A model generated the notes under the pieces. The model was not told the DNA's origin and made no database searches. It saw nothing but the letters and a program-made list of their open reading frames with translations. Of a stretch of 64,000 nucleotides of DNA, positions 42,263 through 56,172 are shown piece after piece (position 1 is the first letter of the stretch; every line of letters starts with the position of its first letter). The DNA comes from Flaccisagitta enflata (Eukaryota). The position numbers were made by a program, and so were the translations under genes. The stretch covers positions 39,990,001 to 40,054,000 of the forward strand of contig OZ231126.1 in the NCBI GenBank assembly GCA_965153355.1, given 5' to 3'.

Positions 42263-44063
42263 TTAGAGAGGGAGAGGGAGAGGGAGAGAGAGAAAGAGAA
42301 AGCGGATGAGCAAAGAGAGAAAGAGAAAGAGCAAGAAACAAGGTCGTATACATGGCTACCCCAGTCGCGTGCTGGTGGGCAGGGGCTGTAATTGAGGTCA
42401 CCATATCATTTGGACAGGTACAGTGAGGCCAAAAACCGCAAAACCCCAGAAAAAAAAAAGTGTGACGGACGGACCGAAGGACGGACCGACAAAGCAGGTT
42501 GTAGAGTCGCGTAGCACGCGGCTAAAAAGAGAAAGAGAAAGAGAGAGTGAGACTATTTTTAGTTTGAATGTAATGTACTGTGTTTAGTGATATATTTGCT
42601 TGTCTCCCTTTACGTTGACACCCTCACCACCATGTTTATTGACCACCCGGAACATAACCTGTAAACTAGTACATATATCCTATCCTCATTGGACTCGTCC
42701 AGTCCCGCCACCCATCGAGTCAAACACGCAAAATCCCCGCATAAGTATCTTCATCGGGGTTTCATTCTTTTACAACTTATTTCCGTAACAACAGATATCA
42801 CCAAAAGTAATGCCAGTGTGCGTTACGAACTTATGTGATATTGAGTCCTAACGTGCAACGAAAAGGGAAAGGCTTTGAAGATTTTGAAAGCTTTTTCACG
42901 CAGTCGTTATTAGTAGTAAATCCGCGGCAAAAAGGCCAACAGAGAGCTAAAGAGAGCCAAAAAAGGACTTTAAATGGGATTTCCAAAAAAATGGAGAATT
43001 GGTGATGAAGTATTCAACTGGAAAGAACAAATGTTTTTACTTTGTGTGGAAAACGAATTTAAGAACAAAAACGGCTTGAGTAACTAGTAAACGAAAGAAA
43101 CTACTCAATCCAAAGATTGCGCATGGTCAGCGGAATACGGTGCCCTGCTTAGAGTGATCGGAAAATATCATGAATGAATGAATGAATTAAGGAATGAATG
43201 TATAAATGATTTAATGAACGAATTAAGAAAAATCAGAGGCTGAGATGAATTTGAGTTGGACGAGAATGATTTCTGCTGCCATCTTGTAAAAAAAGAAAAA
43301 AATGGCTCACTGGTATTAAGATTTGATGAGTTCTGTCTTGTGGCACCGGGATGGAGGAGATAGCGTAGAAGGGAATGACAAATTTGAAATGTGACAAAGA
43401 GTGAGGGCCGGAAGCTTTAAGGAATGAAATGAAAAAGTCATCCAATTTGGCATGGTCGAACTTGGTAACTTTATTCACTCATGGGAGAAAATGTCAAGTA
43501 TTTTTAGTCGCGTGCACGCAACTCTATACCCCACTTTGTCCATCCGGCCTTCCATCCATTGGTCGGTCTGTTGGTCCGTCACACTTTTACTTTTTTTTTT
43601 CAATTTTATTCCTATTAGTCAGTTTAGGTCATTTAAGAGTATACTTAGTCATTCAAAGTCATTTGAAGTCATTCTATGTGTAAGTCTCGCACGCGACTTA
43701 TAGGTGTTGGCCTTGTTTGAAACACGTACACGTATAACACCCTTCACAAAATTAGGCAAACTGGAATCAGAAAATGTCAATGATTGCGTTTTAAAGTTTA
43801 TAGCAGGAGTTGATATGAATGATGGCTCCAAAATATATCATTTCAACAAAGGTTCCACCAAAAAGAAATTCAACCGCAAAAAGGAATTTTACGCTGCATT
43901 AATTTGATGAAAATTCCACTATGATTAATTTTGTCGAATCCCTTACTACAAGAGAGGCATTAGAAAAATTCGATCCACGTTATACTTATAGTCTTCAACT
44001 GCTACTCGGCCTGCCAATTCGGCTTCTTGTCCAACTGCAATTGCCACTCCCGCAGTGAAGCAA

Positions 44064-44182
<119 letters not shown>

Positions 44183-45227
44183 GCCAACATCTATAAGTCG
44201 CGTGCGGGACATAAATTACTTAATATGAATTAAATTGACCTGAAATGACTTAAATGACTATTGACTAAAGTGACTTAATACAACCCAATATGACGTAAAA
44301 TGACTTAGAATGACTAATAATGACTGATGACTTGTAAACATAATGGCATTTGCGAAGAAGCTGTGAGCCCAAAAAGCTTAAAAACGCCGAAAAAGTAAAG
44401 AGGGGATAGACCAACCGACTGACCGACCGACAGACCAACAAAGCGGGGTGTAGAGTCGCGTAGCTCGCGACTAAAAACAGCTTTTACTGTCATTTCCATT
44501 GATTCTACTACGCTCAATTTAGAACTGCATTCCAATAGCACCTTAATTTGTCAACGCTTGCTTTTGAAACTCCAACAGCAACATAGGCCCACTCAGCCAC
44601 CCGTTCGCAAAGTTGAGGCTGCTTATTGATCGACCTGCATTTCTGCCCCTGCCCACCCGCCAGCGACTACGCTCTTTTTAGTTGCGGACACGCAACTCTA
44701 TAAGAGGCTTTGTCCGTCCGCCTGTCGGTCCGTCCATCCGTCCGCCTGTCCGTCGGTCTGTCTGTCCGTCCGTACTGATCGAGTCGAAAAGTGGGAAAAC
44801 GCGCATTTCCGCCCCTGCCCACCCGTCCGCAACTGGTGGCCTTGTATCCGGCCTTGTCTTTGTAAGAACGTCATTTTTTTCGAAGCCTTCAAAAGAGATA
44901 AACATAGCTACTAATAAAATAACTACAACATTCTTAAGTTTAGGGCATTTTGAAGCCTTGATGTTCTAAACACCTCTCACAAAATTAGGCGAACTGGGAT
45001 CAGAACGTGTCCATGAATGTGTTTAGAATTTCAGAAAGGAGTCCAAGCTTCTGATAATTTTGAAACATGTTATTTCCTTTGGTGTTTGGCAAAAAATGTT
45101 CAAACTATCACAAACCAACAGGTACAGTAGATGTCGTCTAGACTTGGAAATACGGGGGCCCTCATATCCTAGCTACTATTTGCGCCAATGAAATGAAACT
45201 GTGTCTGTATAATGCTGATGTCCTATA

Positions 45228-45814
45228 ACAGGGTGTGCAAAATTATCTGCACAAAGCACTTAATTTTCTCAAAAACCGTAGAAGATAAAGATTTATGAAA
45301 GCATGAGTGGTAAGTATGAAAAAGTATACTTTTTAGTAATCAAAACTAGAATTCACATAGTCAGTATTAAAACTTTTTAGGTATATTTTACTCTGATAAA
45401 AAGTTCCTTAAAATATATTTCATCAAAACAATCTGAAATTCTGTTGTTAGTTTTTTTTTGCTCTTTAGGCTTAGTTTATTTGCTTTAGTGAGCTCCATTC
45501 ATGTTGATATAATTAACCTCCCTCCACATAATGTGTGCCAAGCAAAGAATATTATCATTGAGTAGTCACAAATATAAAAATCTATGATATTGTTACTTAT
45601 TTTGCCTATGAAATAAAATCCTGTCAAAATCAAAATCTTTGCTTCAAATCATTTGACTACCATATTGACAGAGGTTACAGAAAATACCTGCAATCACTTT
45701 TAGCTTCTAGTATGACAAACTGGGGTAATCTGGTCCAAATTTCATGATGCTGAGTCACTTTTAAGTATAGTTTTCTTTCCATGAAGCAAATGCGGATAAT
45801 TTTGCACACCCTGT
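45228..45814. mobile_element. Nested MITE
   Basis: ACAGGGTGTGCAAAATTATC ... GATAATTTTGCACACCCTGT, TA on both sides. Confidence 0.8.
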
Positions 45815-46107
45815 TAGGGTTGACGATGGGGTATGGCAGCTCTGTGGATAGAAATTTCTTTTGAATACACTAAAACAAATTTGCTTTGCCCAAGCAGTTG
45901 CCAGAATTGGTTTAGTGGTTAACTCTCTTGACTTCAAATCCCTCTTGATCAACTTATTTCTTTAAAAGTTCCTGGTTCGAATCTCAGGCTGGTTTTGCAA
46001 TTGAAGCAAATAGATGAAGCTGAAATTCTGCCATAAAAGTGAATGATCCTAACATTTTATACTAAAAGTTTTTTTTGTGAGGTAAGCCGTAGGGGGATGC
46101 CATACCC

Positions 46108-47064
46108 CATAGATGTAACGAACTATTGATTTTAGAAATCGACCAGGTCGAACGAATCATGGTCGAACCCCTCCCAAAAACCGACCCAAAATCGACCATA
46201 GGTCGATCTTTTTGCCAGTTAGTGAAATATCATTTACAATCACAGCAACATGTTTCAGAAGCCACTTTATATCAAAAGATAAGATACTCACATTGTAGCC
46301 ACTCATTAATATGAAAAAAGAAATAAAAGCGAGCTTATCAGGAGAGACAAGCTTTCGTTGTTGAACTTTGTTTCAGAGCTTGGGTTCCGCAATTTTATAT
46401 GTACTTTTATACTTAACTATGGTAAATAAAAAAAGCGAACACTTTGTTTTGCTTATTTCTTCTTAACTATGGGCCTGAACCATAGACAATCCATGACCGT
46501 TTAAAAGTCTTGTAAAAAATCCTCTTAATGGGACGTTGCTGGTCATTGTAGCTCTATTTGTTTAGAAATGGCAAAGGTTTTAAGCAAAAAATCGCTGATT
46601 GAAAAAATGGCTAATTTCAATTTTCTTCCAATGAGAAATTCTAGTCACTCGGTTTTTGTCAATGATGCTGCTTAGGATCGCCTTAGCTACTTGTTATGTT
46701 GAGCAAATAAAAGAGCTTCAGATTTTCTTTTTTTAAAAATGCGTTTCATTTCTATGCTAGAATGAAGACAACCAATGAAAATCACAGTGAACATCCAATT
46801 TTTTTACTACCTGTCTACATCCCAAAGCCTAATCATTGCTTGGATGTGAAACCCTCCCAAAGAATTCAATTTTACGAGCTTTTTTCATCCTTCTAACTCA
46901 AATTTAAATCAGTCTCATTGTCAAACCAAGCCTATGGTAGCCAGAGAAAAAAAAACAAAAAATCGACCCAATTCATTTGTGTTTTTGTGACTCAGGAAGA
47001 TTGTTTACAAACACTGAAAATCGACCCGATTAATCGACCAGTCGATTAGTTCGTGACACCTCTG
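46108..47064. mobile_element. hAT-type non-autonomous element
   Basis: 18-bp imperfect TIRs (CATAGATGTAACGAACTA / TAGTTCGTGACACCTCTG), 8-bp TSD CCATACCC (46100-46107, 47065-47072), subterminal ATCGACC repeats. Confidence 0.8.
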
Positions 47065-47600
47065 CCATACCCCATCGTCAACCCCTTAGGGTCTATACAT
47101 TACACTAGCAAAATATCAGTCCCCTCACTGTACTGATGCTGAGGTTATGAGCTCCCCCGTATTTCCAAGTCTAGACGACATCTACTGTAATTATGGCTAT
47201 TAAAATGATATCATGGAAGACTTCCATTGGACGTGCAAAGTTGGTGTTAGTTCCAAATCAACGGCTAAATCTTTTTTGGATAGCGGTTTTTTGTTACTTT
47301 TTGCTATAACTGAGCTCCCTCCATATCAAATTTCAGCCCACTCAATGCATTTTCACTATCAATTCTAAATATTTTCCTAGTTCGCCTAATCATGTGAGAG
47401 GTGTTAAAAACTAGGTTCTTAAAAAAAAAGTACTTTTTGGCCTTGGATCTGGCCTTCATTTCTTATAGGCGCCTGGTTTATAAGAACATCAAGACTTGAA
47501 ATGGCTCTAAAATTAAGAACGTCCTAGTTAATTTACTACCAGCTATCTCTATCTCTATCTATTTTGAAGGCTTCAGAAAAAAAATTTAATTCTCATATAA

Positions 47601-48948
47601 AACAAGTCATCCAAGGATCGCACATGGTCAGCGGTACCCGATGCCCTGCTCAGAGTGATTAGCTGAAGAATTGAAGTGAGAGCAGGGCAGCGGCCCCAAA
47701 GGGCCAATGTCCTGTTGGACACAGGGGTGAATTTCCAGACGTCCTGAGAGGGCCTATTTAAGGCCTTGGTGGCAACTTTGTATGTTATGCAATAGGAATT
47801 TTGCATTTTTTCAATTTCTCGTCAATTTACTATGTTATTCAATGGGAATCTTATATTTTTCTCAATTTCCATCAATTTTCTTTATTATTCAATGGGAAAC
47901 ATGCATTTTTTTTACTTTTTTGTAAATTTTCCATGTTATTCAATGGAAAGTTTGTATTTTTTTCAATTTCACACTTTTCTTTTTATAAGAACACTGTTTA
48001 TAAGAACATCAGCCTCAAATTTGGCCAAAAAACAAGAACATCTTAAGAACATGCTGAGCCTCAGGTTTGAAAAAAAGAATATAAGTTTTTAAAAAAATAG
48101 TAAAATTACACGCTTTTCTTTTTGTAAGAACACTGTTTATAAGAACATCAGCCACAGATTTTGCCAAAAAATAAGAACATCTTAAGAACATGCTGAGCAT
48201 CAGATTTAAAGATAAGAATAATATTTTTCAAAAAAAACTAGTAAAAGTAGATGAAAACTTCAAAATGATTGATATTTTGAAAATGGTTTTAAAAAAAAAA
48301 ACAATTCTTTTTTCATTAAATATCAATCTTATATTTCTTTTTATGTAATAAAGTTTTTTTTTAACAATTGCTTAAATTATTTCATTACAATGATATGAAT
48401 ATATAATTATAAAAAAATTATCTTATTCAAAAATAAGAACATGTGAAGAATGTTTGAGCCTCAAAACAGGGCTAAAAATAAGAACACTCAGGCTCACTTA
48501 AAAAAAACAATGTTCTTATAAAATGAAAAGCGTGTAGATGAAAAACCCTGAATGATGGATATTTTGATAATACTTTCTAAAATGATAATTCATTATTCAT
48601 TGAACCTTTATCTTATATTTCTTTTTATTTAATGAAAATCTTTTTATAATTGCTTAAAAAATAAACTTTTATATTGATATAGATATATTATTAAAGAGAT
48701 CATTTAATTCAAAAATAAGAATATGTTAAGAAAGCTTGAACCTCAAAAAAGGGCTGAAAATAATAACGCTGACAGTGACTTTAAAAATCCATGTTCTTAT
48801 AAAATGAAAAGCGTGTACCCATGTTATTCAATGGGAATTTGAGTCTTGAGAGGCTTCGGGGGGGGGGGGACGTACGGACGTACGGACGTCTGGAAATTCA
48901 CCCCTGTGTCCTACAGGACATCGGCCCTTCGGGGCCGCTGCCCAAAAA
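47601..48948 (-). mobile_element. Family-A HINE carrying an AT-rich nested insertion (TAAGAAC-rich element)
   Basis: Family-A 3' end at 47601-47740 and 5' end at 48870-48948 in minus orientation. Confidence 0.7.
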
Positions 48949-50162
48949 GTGAAGTCCCGGTCACGGCTATCAGTTTTCACCCACCCCCGAGCGATCTGGG
49001 TCATTTGACAATGCCAAGCACAACTTTCTCCTGTATGGCCACGTCTTTTGTTTTAAAAATCGTTTGCGCTTTTGCAACGCTCGTTGGAAGCGACATCTTG
49101 CAACAATGAAGTTGTATAGATCTAACAAAAGTACAGTTACACGTCGAAACTTCAACCCGATGGCTTTTCATGAACAGCCCTAAGGTAATTATACTTCTAT
49201 ACTTTATACTCCCCCCCTGTCTTTTGTGATAATGTGTCAATCTAGTGGAAAAAAAAACAAAACCTACTGCGCTGATACTTTATTTCTGCCATTTGCAACA
49301 TCGTCTCTCACATTGTTTGTATGTCTTTCTCTTCTTTTTACAGAAAAAAAAACTATTGATTTTAAGATCCCGTTGTTTTGTCATTAATTGTTTCGCGAAT
49401 CGTTACAATAACTTTATGTCAATGCCTTCATGTCAATCTTCTAAGCAGAAAAAAATCCTCTCGAGCCAGTAAGATCAGTGGCCTTTGACAAGCCCAATCG
49501 GGCAATTCAATGCGGTCTCTGCACTGCCGCGCGCGCATCGCGTTCACATTACTCTTATAGTCCCGAAATTTGCATTTTGGAAGAAGCGTAACGGACGAAC
49601 CGACCAACTGACCGACGGATAGGCAATCTCTCTTAAAGAGCTGCGATGACACATCTAAAAAAAACCTTCTCCACGCTGCAAAAACTTGCTTTTTTGTCAG
49701 GACCCGCAACTCTTTAAGGAGCGTCCGTCCGTCGGTCTATCCATCCGTCCGTTGACCGTGGTGATCGAGTTGGAGAGTGTGGAGACGCTTTACCGCCCCT
49801 GCCCACCCGTCTGCGACTGGTATTGGCCGTAATTCCGGCCTTGTCTAACGACGTCAGGACAGACGGCGTCAGACAGTTTTCCCAAGCACCTTAAACCTAT
49901 CGGCTTCTTTGCACAACTACTTCGCAGAAGTGTCGTCTGAGTTTGTCCACCATATACCATTGGCCACTTCAGACAATCGCGATCGCGTATCCAACAAAAG
50001 TGACTCAATACAAGTGGCTTTGTCTATCCGTATATCGTTAAGATTATTTAACGTATTAAATTCTCGTCGTAATCATCATCTATTGATCATTATCATCATC
50101 ATCATTATCGTCATCATCGTCATCGTCGTCGTCATCATGCTCTCTCTTTTCTCTTTTTCTCA

Positions 50163-50350
<188 letters not shown>

Positions 50351-51839
50351 GATAAGTCAGGTGGTGGGAATTCTTTTCGTTAAAGATGAGAACCAGACCG
50401 TCACCTGTTACTTGGTTCATATGACACAATGAAAATTATTGTGACACTTCAGTTTCGCCAAGAGCAAAAAAATCATCATGTTTTTTAACAAAAATAAATA
50501 ATTTACCTTATAATATATGTCACTTTGGGTAGTTAACAGAGAAAATTAATGCAAAATATCATCAGAAAAAAATAGTGATTTTTCTTTTAAAAATGACTTA
50601 TTTTATAAATTTCACAAATAAATATTTAAAAATTCATAAACAGACATCAAAAATTGTCTTGTAGTAATGAAAATTGACATGCAGGTGGTTTGGTGCTTCA
50701 TTTAACTACCATAAAAATTTCATGACTTTTCTTCACCAGGAAGTGCCTCATTTAAAACTCTTAACAAAAAACATCCTTTTTTTCATATTTCTGTTGAATC
50801 TGACATAGGTGCACCCTAAATAACAAATTTGCATAGAAATTTAAAAAATGAAAAAACCAAAAACATCAGACCCTAGTGAATTACATTATCTCGGGTCTGA
50901 TGTTTTTAAAAATGCAAAATATTCATCTATGTTCAAGATTTGTTATTTAGGGGATGAAAAATGTTTTTTTCAAAAACTTCAAATTTCGCAATTTGGAATC
51001 GAAAAACTCACAAAATTGATACTTTAAATCCACCGATTGTTACGAAATTTGAAATGCTTAAGGTTAAATGCTTCCTTTGACTACCATTCAAATTTCATGA
51101 CTTTACTTCAATGGGAAGTACCCCAAATGAATTTTTCAAAATAAAATATCCTATTTTTTGAAATTCAATTGTCAGCTGACATTTTTTAAAAGGTACTTGA
51201 CAAAGACATCCAAAATGCTAAAAATCATATGGCAAAAAAGTTTTATACTAGTGTCAGATAGATATGAACAGCCTCTCAAAAAAAGTTTGACCATATTATA
51301 CAAACTGTGTCGGTAATAATACATTAAAGATACCTCATTAAAATAATTCTTACTATTTTCTAAGATTTTGCTTGAAAATTTTGCCAATTTAAGATCATTT
51401 TACTGTACAAAGCATGCAATTTGAAAAATGATTCTTTAAAATAGTATGAATGGTCTCACATAGCACATGTCAAAACAGATTTTTGGTTAAAAATGGATAA
51501 TTTTATGGAAAGAATGGTGCAAAAAAGTGATGGAACAAGAGTGTCAAGATATGGTTCATGATGTCATATCAGCTAGTTGTAGACAAGCCAATTCTCGATC
51601 AGCAATCGCCGATCCCCGGATCTCCGGCTGACCCTCGGTAAGAGGGAATTAGAAATACCCCAGGCTATAAATACCCTGAAATGAGAAAATGGGCCAAGAT
51701 GCCGGGATTTCTGTATAAATACCCCTTAAATACCCCATTTCAATGTCCTGGGGATCGTTGGTTTAAATACTTTTCTATGTCACAAATACCCTACATTGTA
51801 GATGGGGATTCAACTCTTAAATACCCCAGTCTTTCCCCG

Positions 51840-54800
51840 AATACCCTCTCCTTCATTGAACCCGGGTTTCCATTTTATAAATACCCCCTGAGTGCTACAA
51901 ATACCCCCTTATATCTCCAAGACCAGCCATAAATACCCTCTCCTTCATTGAACCCGGGTTTCCATTTTATAAATACCCCCTGAGTGCTACAAATACCCCC
52001 TTATATCTCAAGACCAGCCATAAATACCCTCTCCTTCATTGAACCCGGGTTTCCATTTTATAAATACCCCCTGAGTGCTACAAATACCCCCTTACATCTC
52101 CAAGACCAGCCATAAATACCCTCTTCTTCATTGAACCCGGGTTTCCATTTCATAAATACCCCCTGAGTGCTACAAATACCCCCTTATATCTCCAAGACCA
52201 GCCATAAATACCCTCTCCTTCATTGAACCCGGGTTTCCATTTTATAAATACCCCCTGAGTGCTACAAATACCCCCTTATATCTCCAAGACCAGCCATAAA
52301 TACCCTCTCCTTCATTGAACCTGGGTTTCCATTTTATAAATACCCCCCGAATTCTACAAATACCCCCTTATTTCTCAAAGACCAGCCATAAATACCCTCT
52401 CCTTCATTGAACCTGGGTTTCCATTTTATGAATACCCCCTGAGTGCTACAAATACCCCCTTATATCTCCAAGACCAGCCATAAATACCCTCTCCTTCATT
52501 GAACCCGGGTTTCCATTTTATAAATACCCCCTGAGTGCTACAAATACCCCCTTATATCTCCAAGACCAGCCATAAATACCCTCTCCTTCATTGAACCCGG
52601 GTTTCCATTTTATAAATACCCCCCGAATTCTACAAATACCCCCTTATTTCTCAAAGACCAGCCATAAATACCCTCTCCTTCATTGAACCTGGGTTTCCAT
52701 TTTATAAATACCCCCTGAGTGCTACAAATACCCCCTTATATCTCCAAGACCAGCCATAAATACCCTCTCCTTCATTGAACCCGGGTTTCCATTTTATAAA
52801 TACCCCCTGAGTGCTACAAATACCCCCTTATATCTCCAAGACCAGCCATAAATACCCTCTCCTTCATTGAACCCGGGTTTCCATTTTATAAATACCCCCT
52901 GAGTGCTACAAATACCCCCTTATATCTCCAAGACCAGCCATAAATACCCTCTCCTTCATTGAACCCGGGTTTCCATTTTATAAATACCCCCCGAATTCTA
53001 CAAATACCACTTGGTTATATTTATATAATAAAAAAAATAATGTGAAATGCTATCTCAGAAACCGTTTGTCGTACGTCATTTTAAGTGTCACCAAAAGTTC
53101 CATTTGACAACTAGATGTAAGTTGATGTTAGACATGTCGCAACATAGGATGAGATAAATAGTTCAAGAGTTATGAGGGAAAAACAGAAACTCACCATAAT
53201 ATGCAAATGAGGTTTCAACAAAACAACTGGGTTTCCATCTCTAAATACCCCCTTAAATACCCTCTCCTTCATTGTACCTGGGTTTCCATTTTATAAATAC
53301 CCCCTGAATTCTACAAATACCCCCTCATTTCTCCAAGACCAGCCATAAATACCCCTCTCCTTCATTGAACCTGGGTTTCCATTTTATAAATACCCCCTGA
53401 ATTCTACAAATACCCCCTTATATCTCCATGACCAGCCATAAATACCCTCTCCTTCATTGAACCTGGGTTTCCATTTTATAAATACCCCCCGAATTCTACA
53501 AATACCCCCTTATTCCTCAAAGACCAGCCATAAATACCCCTCTCCTTCATTGAACCTGGGTTTCCATTTTATAAATACCCCCAGAATTCTACAAATACCC
53601 CCTTATATCTCCATGACCAGCCATAAATACCCCTCTCCTTCATTGAACCTGGGTTTCCATTTTATAAATACCCCCCTGAATTCTACAAATACCCCCTTAT
53701 ATCTCCATGACCAGCCATAAATACCCCTCTCCTTCATTGAACCTGGGTTTCCATTTTATAAATACCCCCAGAATTCTACAAATACCCCCTTATATCTCCA
53801 TGACCAGCCATAAATACCCCTCTCCTTCATTGAACCTGGGTTTCCATTTTATAAATACCCCCCGAATTCTACAAATACCCCCTTATATCTCCATGACCAG
53901 CCATAAATACCCCTCTCCTTCATTGAACCTGGGTTTCCATTTTATAAATACCCCCTGAATTCTACAAATACCCCCTTATATCTCCATGACCAGCCATGAA
54001 TACCCCTCTCCTTCATTGAACCTGGGTTTCCATTTTATAAATACCCCCCGAATTCTACAAATACCCCCTTATATCTCCATGACCAGCCATAAATACCCCT
54101 CTCCTTCATTGAACCTGGGTTTCCATTTTATAAATACCCCCTGAATTCTACAAATACCCCCTTATATCTCCGTGACCAGCCATAAATACCCCTCTCCTTC
54201 ATTGAACCTGGGTTTCCATTTTATAAATACCCCCTGAATTCTACAAATACCCCCTTATATCTCCATGACCAGCCATAAATACCCCTCTCCTTCATTGAAC
54301 CTGGGTTTCCATTTTATAAATACCCCCTGAATTCTACAAATACCCCCTTATATCTCCATGACCAGCCATAAATACCCCTCTCCTTCATTGAACCTGGGTT
54401 TCCATTTTATAAATACCCCCAGAATTCTACAAATACCCCCTTATATCTCCATGACCAGCCATAAATACCCCTCTCCTTCATTGAACCTGGGTTTCCATTT
54501 TATAAATACCCCCTGAATTCTACAAATACCCCCTGATATCTCCATGACCAGCCATAAATACCCCTCTCCTTCATTGAACCTGGGTTTCCATTTTATAAAT
54601 ACCCAAGATTCTACAAATACCCTCTTATATCTCACTGACCATGCCATAAATACCCCTCTCCTTCATTAAACCTGGGTCTCCATTTTATAAATACCCCCAA
54701 TTCTACAAATACCTCATATATCTCCATGACCAGCCATAATGCCCCTCTCCTTCATTGAACCTGGGTTTCCATTTTTATAAATGCCCCTAGATTCCACAAA

Positions 54801-55080
54801 TACCCCTTATATCTCCATGACCAGCCATGAATACCCCTCTCCTTCGTTGAACCTGGGTTTCCATTTTATAAATACCCCCAGAATTCTACAAATACCCCCT
54901 TATATCTCCATGACCAGCCATAAATACCCCTCTCCTTCATTGAACCTGGGTTTCCATTTTATAAATGCCCCTGAATTCTACAAATACATATATCTCCGTG
55001 ACCAATATAAATACCTCTCCTTCATTAGAAACACAGGTTTCCATTTACCAATACCCCAAGTCTACAAATACCCCTTATAT
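51840..55080 (+). repeat. 92/93-bp satellite with three AAATACCC sub-repeats per unit; two sub-arrays split by a unique spacer (~53010-53230)
   Basis: 92-bp units (mostly GAGTGCTAC variant) at 51840-53008; 93-bp units (GAATTCTAC variant) at 53255-55080. Confidence 0.95.
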
Positions 55081-56172
55081 CTAAAGGGAGTATTTGTAGA
55101 GTCTGGGAGTCATTATAAAATGGAAACAGGGTAATGTTATGGCTGATCTAATAAGTAAGTCCAGAAATATTAAATGGAAACCCAGGAAATGTTTATGGCT
55201 GTCAGCATAGTGTCAGGGAAGTATTTGTAAATTCCAGAGAGGTGATAGGCAGGTTGTGGGGAAGGTATTTATGGCTGGTCATGGAGATATGAGATATTGT
55301 AAATTCTGGGGAGTATTTATAATGAAACTTAGTTCAATGAGAGGTATTCATGGCTGAAGTCATGAATATCAGGAACATTGTAAATTCAGAAAGTGTTATA
55401 AATGAGATTTAATGAAGGAAAAGTGATATGGCACAGTCACTTGAAGATATAAATAACAATATAATATTATAATATATGCTTAACAACACAGACCCCAAAG
55501 AGTCCAAGCAAATGGTTGCTAAACCAATTGCAAAAACAGCAAACGTAAGATAGTGTTTGATTTCTTCACGTATTCACAAGTTGATAGATTTTAGTTTGTT
55601 TTTAGATCCTAATAGTCCCAAAACAATTCCTAAAATATGACGTTGTCATTGTTGTTGTCATTGTTGTTGTCATTGTTGTTGTGGTTGATATCGCCTATTT
55701 TGTTGCTGTTGTTGTCATTGTCATTGTCATCATTGATAAAGTTCCAATATCATCGGTGTTTTTGGTGTCGCCGCTGCTATCGCCGTTGCTGTTTCCATAT
55801 GTTTCGCCGAATTGTCGCCAAAGCGGTCCAAATAGCTGTCGCCGCAGCTATCGCCGCAGCAGTCGCCGCAGCTGTCGCCGCAGCTGCCGCCGCAGTGGTC
55901 GCCGCAGCTGCCGACGCAGCTGTCGCCATCATTGACGCAGTCGTTGACACTGTCATTGAGCGGTGATTGTTGATGCTACTGTTTGTTGTTGTTGTTGTTA
56001 TTGTTGTTGTTGTCATTGTTGTTGATGTCCTTGTTGTGGCTGTTGCTGTTCCTGATGTCTTCAGCACTGCCCAGCTCAATCGCAATTGAATCCATCTGTA
56101 AAAGAAAGAAGACAGCGGCAGACAAACCCCAGCAGAAACTTGTCTATCGGCGTATTTGGAAACTTGTCTATC

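Larger units (their letters stand above)
45125..47187. mobile_element. TA-flanked Tc1/mariner-type MITE hosting nested insertions
   Basis: TA|CAGTAGATGTCGTCTAGACTTGGAAATACGGGG ... CCCCGTATTTCCAAGTCTAGACGACATCTACTG|TA. Confidence 0.85.

Noticed and set aside
41651-42404. Poly-His, poly-Ile and poly-Met ORFs
   Set aside because: (ATC)n microsatellite read in different frames.
53457-55134. 31-aa repeat ORFs (HKYPSPSLNLGFHFINTP...)
   Set aside because: A by-product of the 93-bp unit; neighbouring units contain stops and 92-bp frameshifts.
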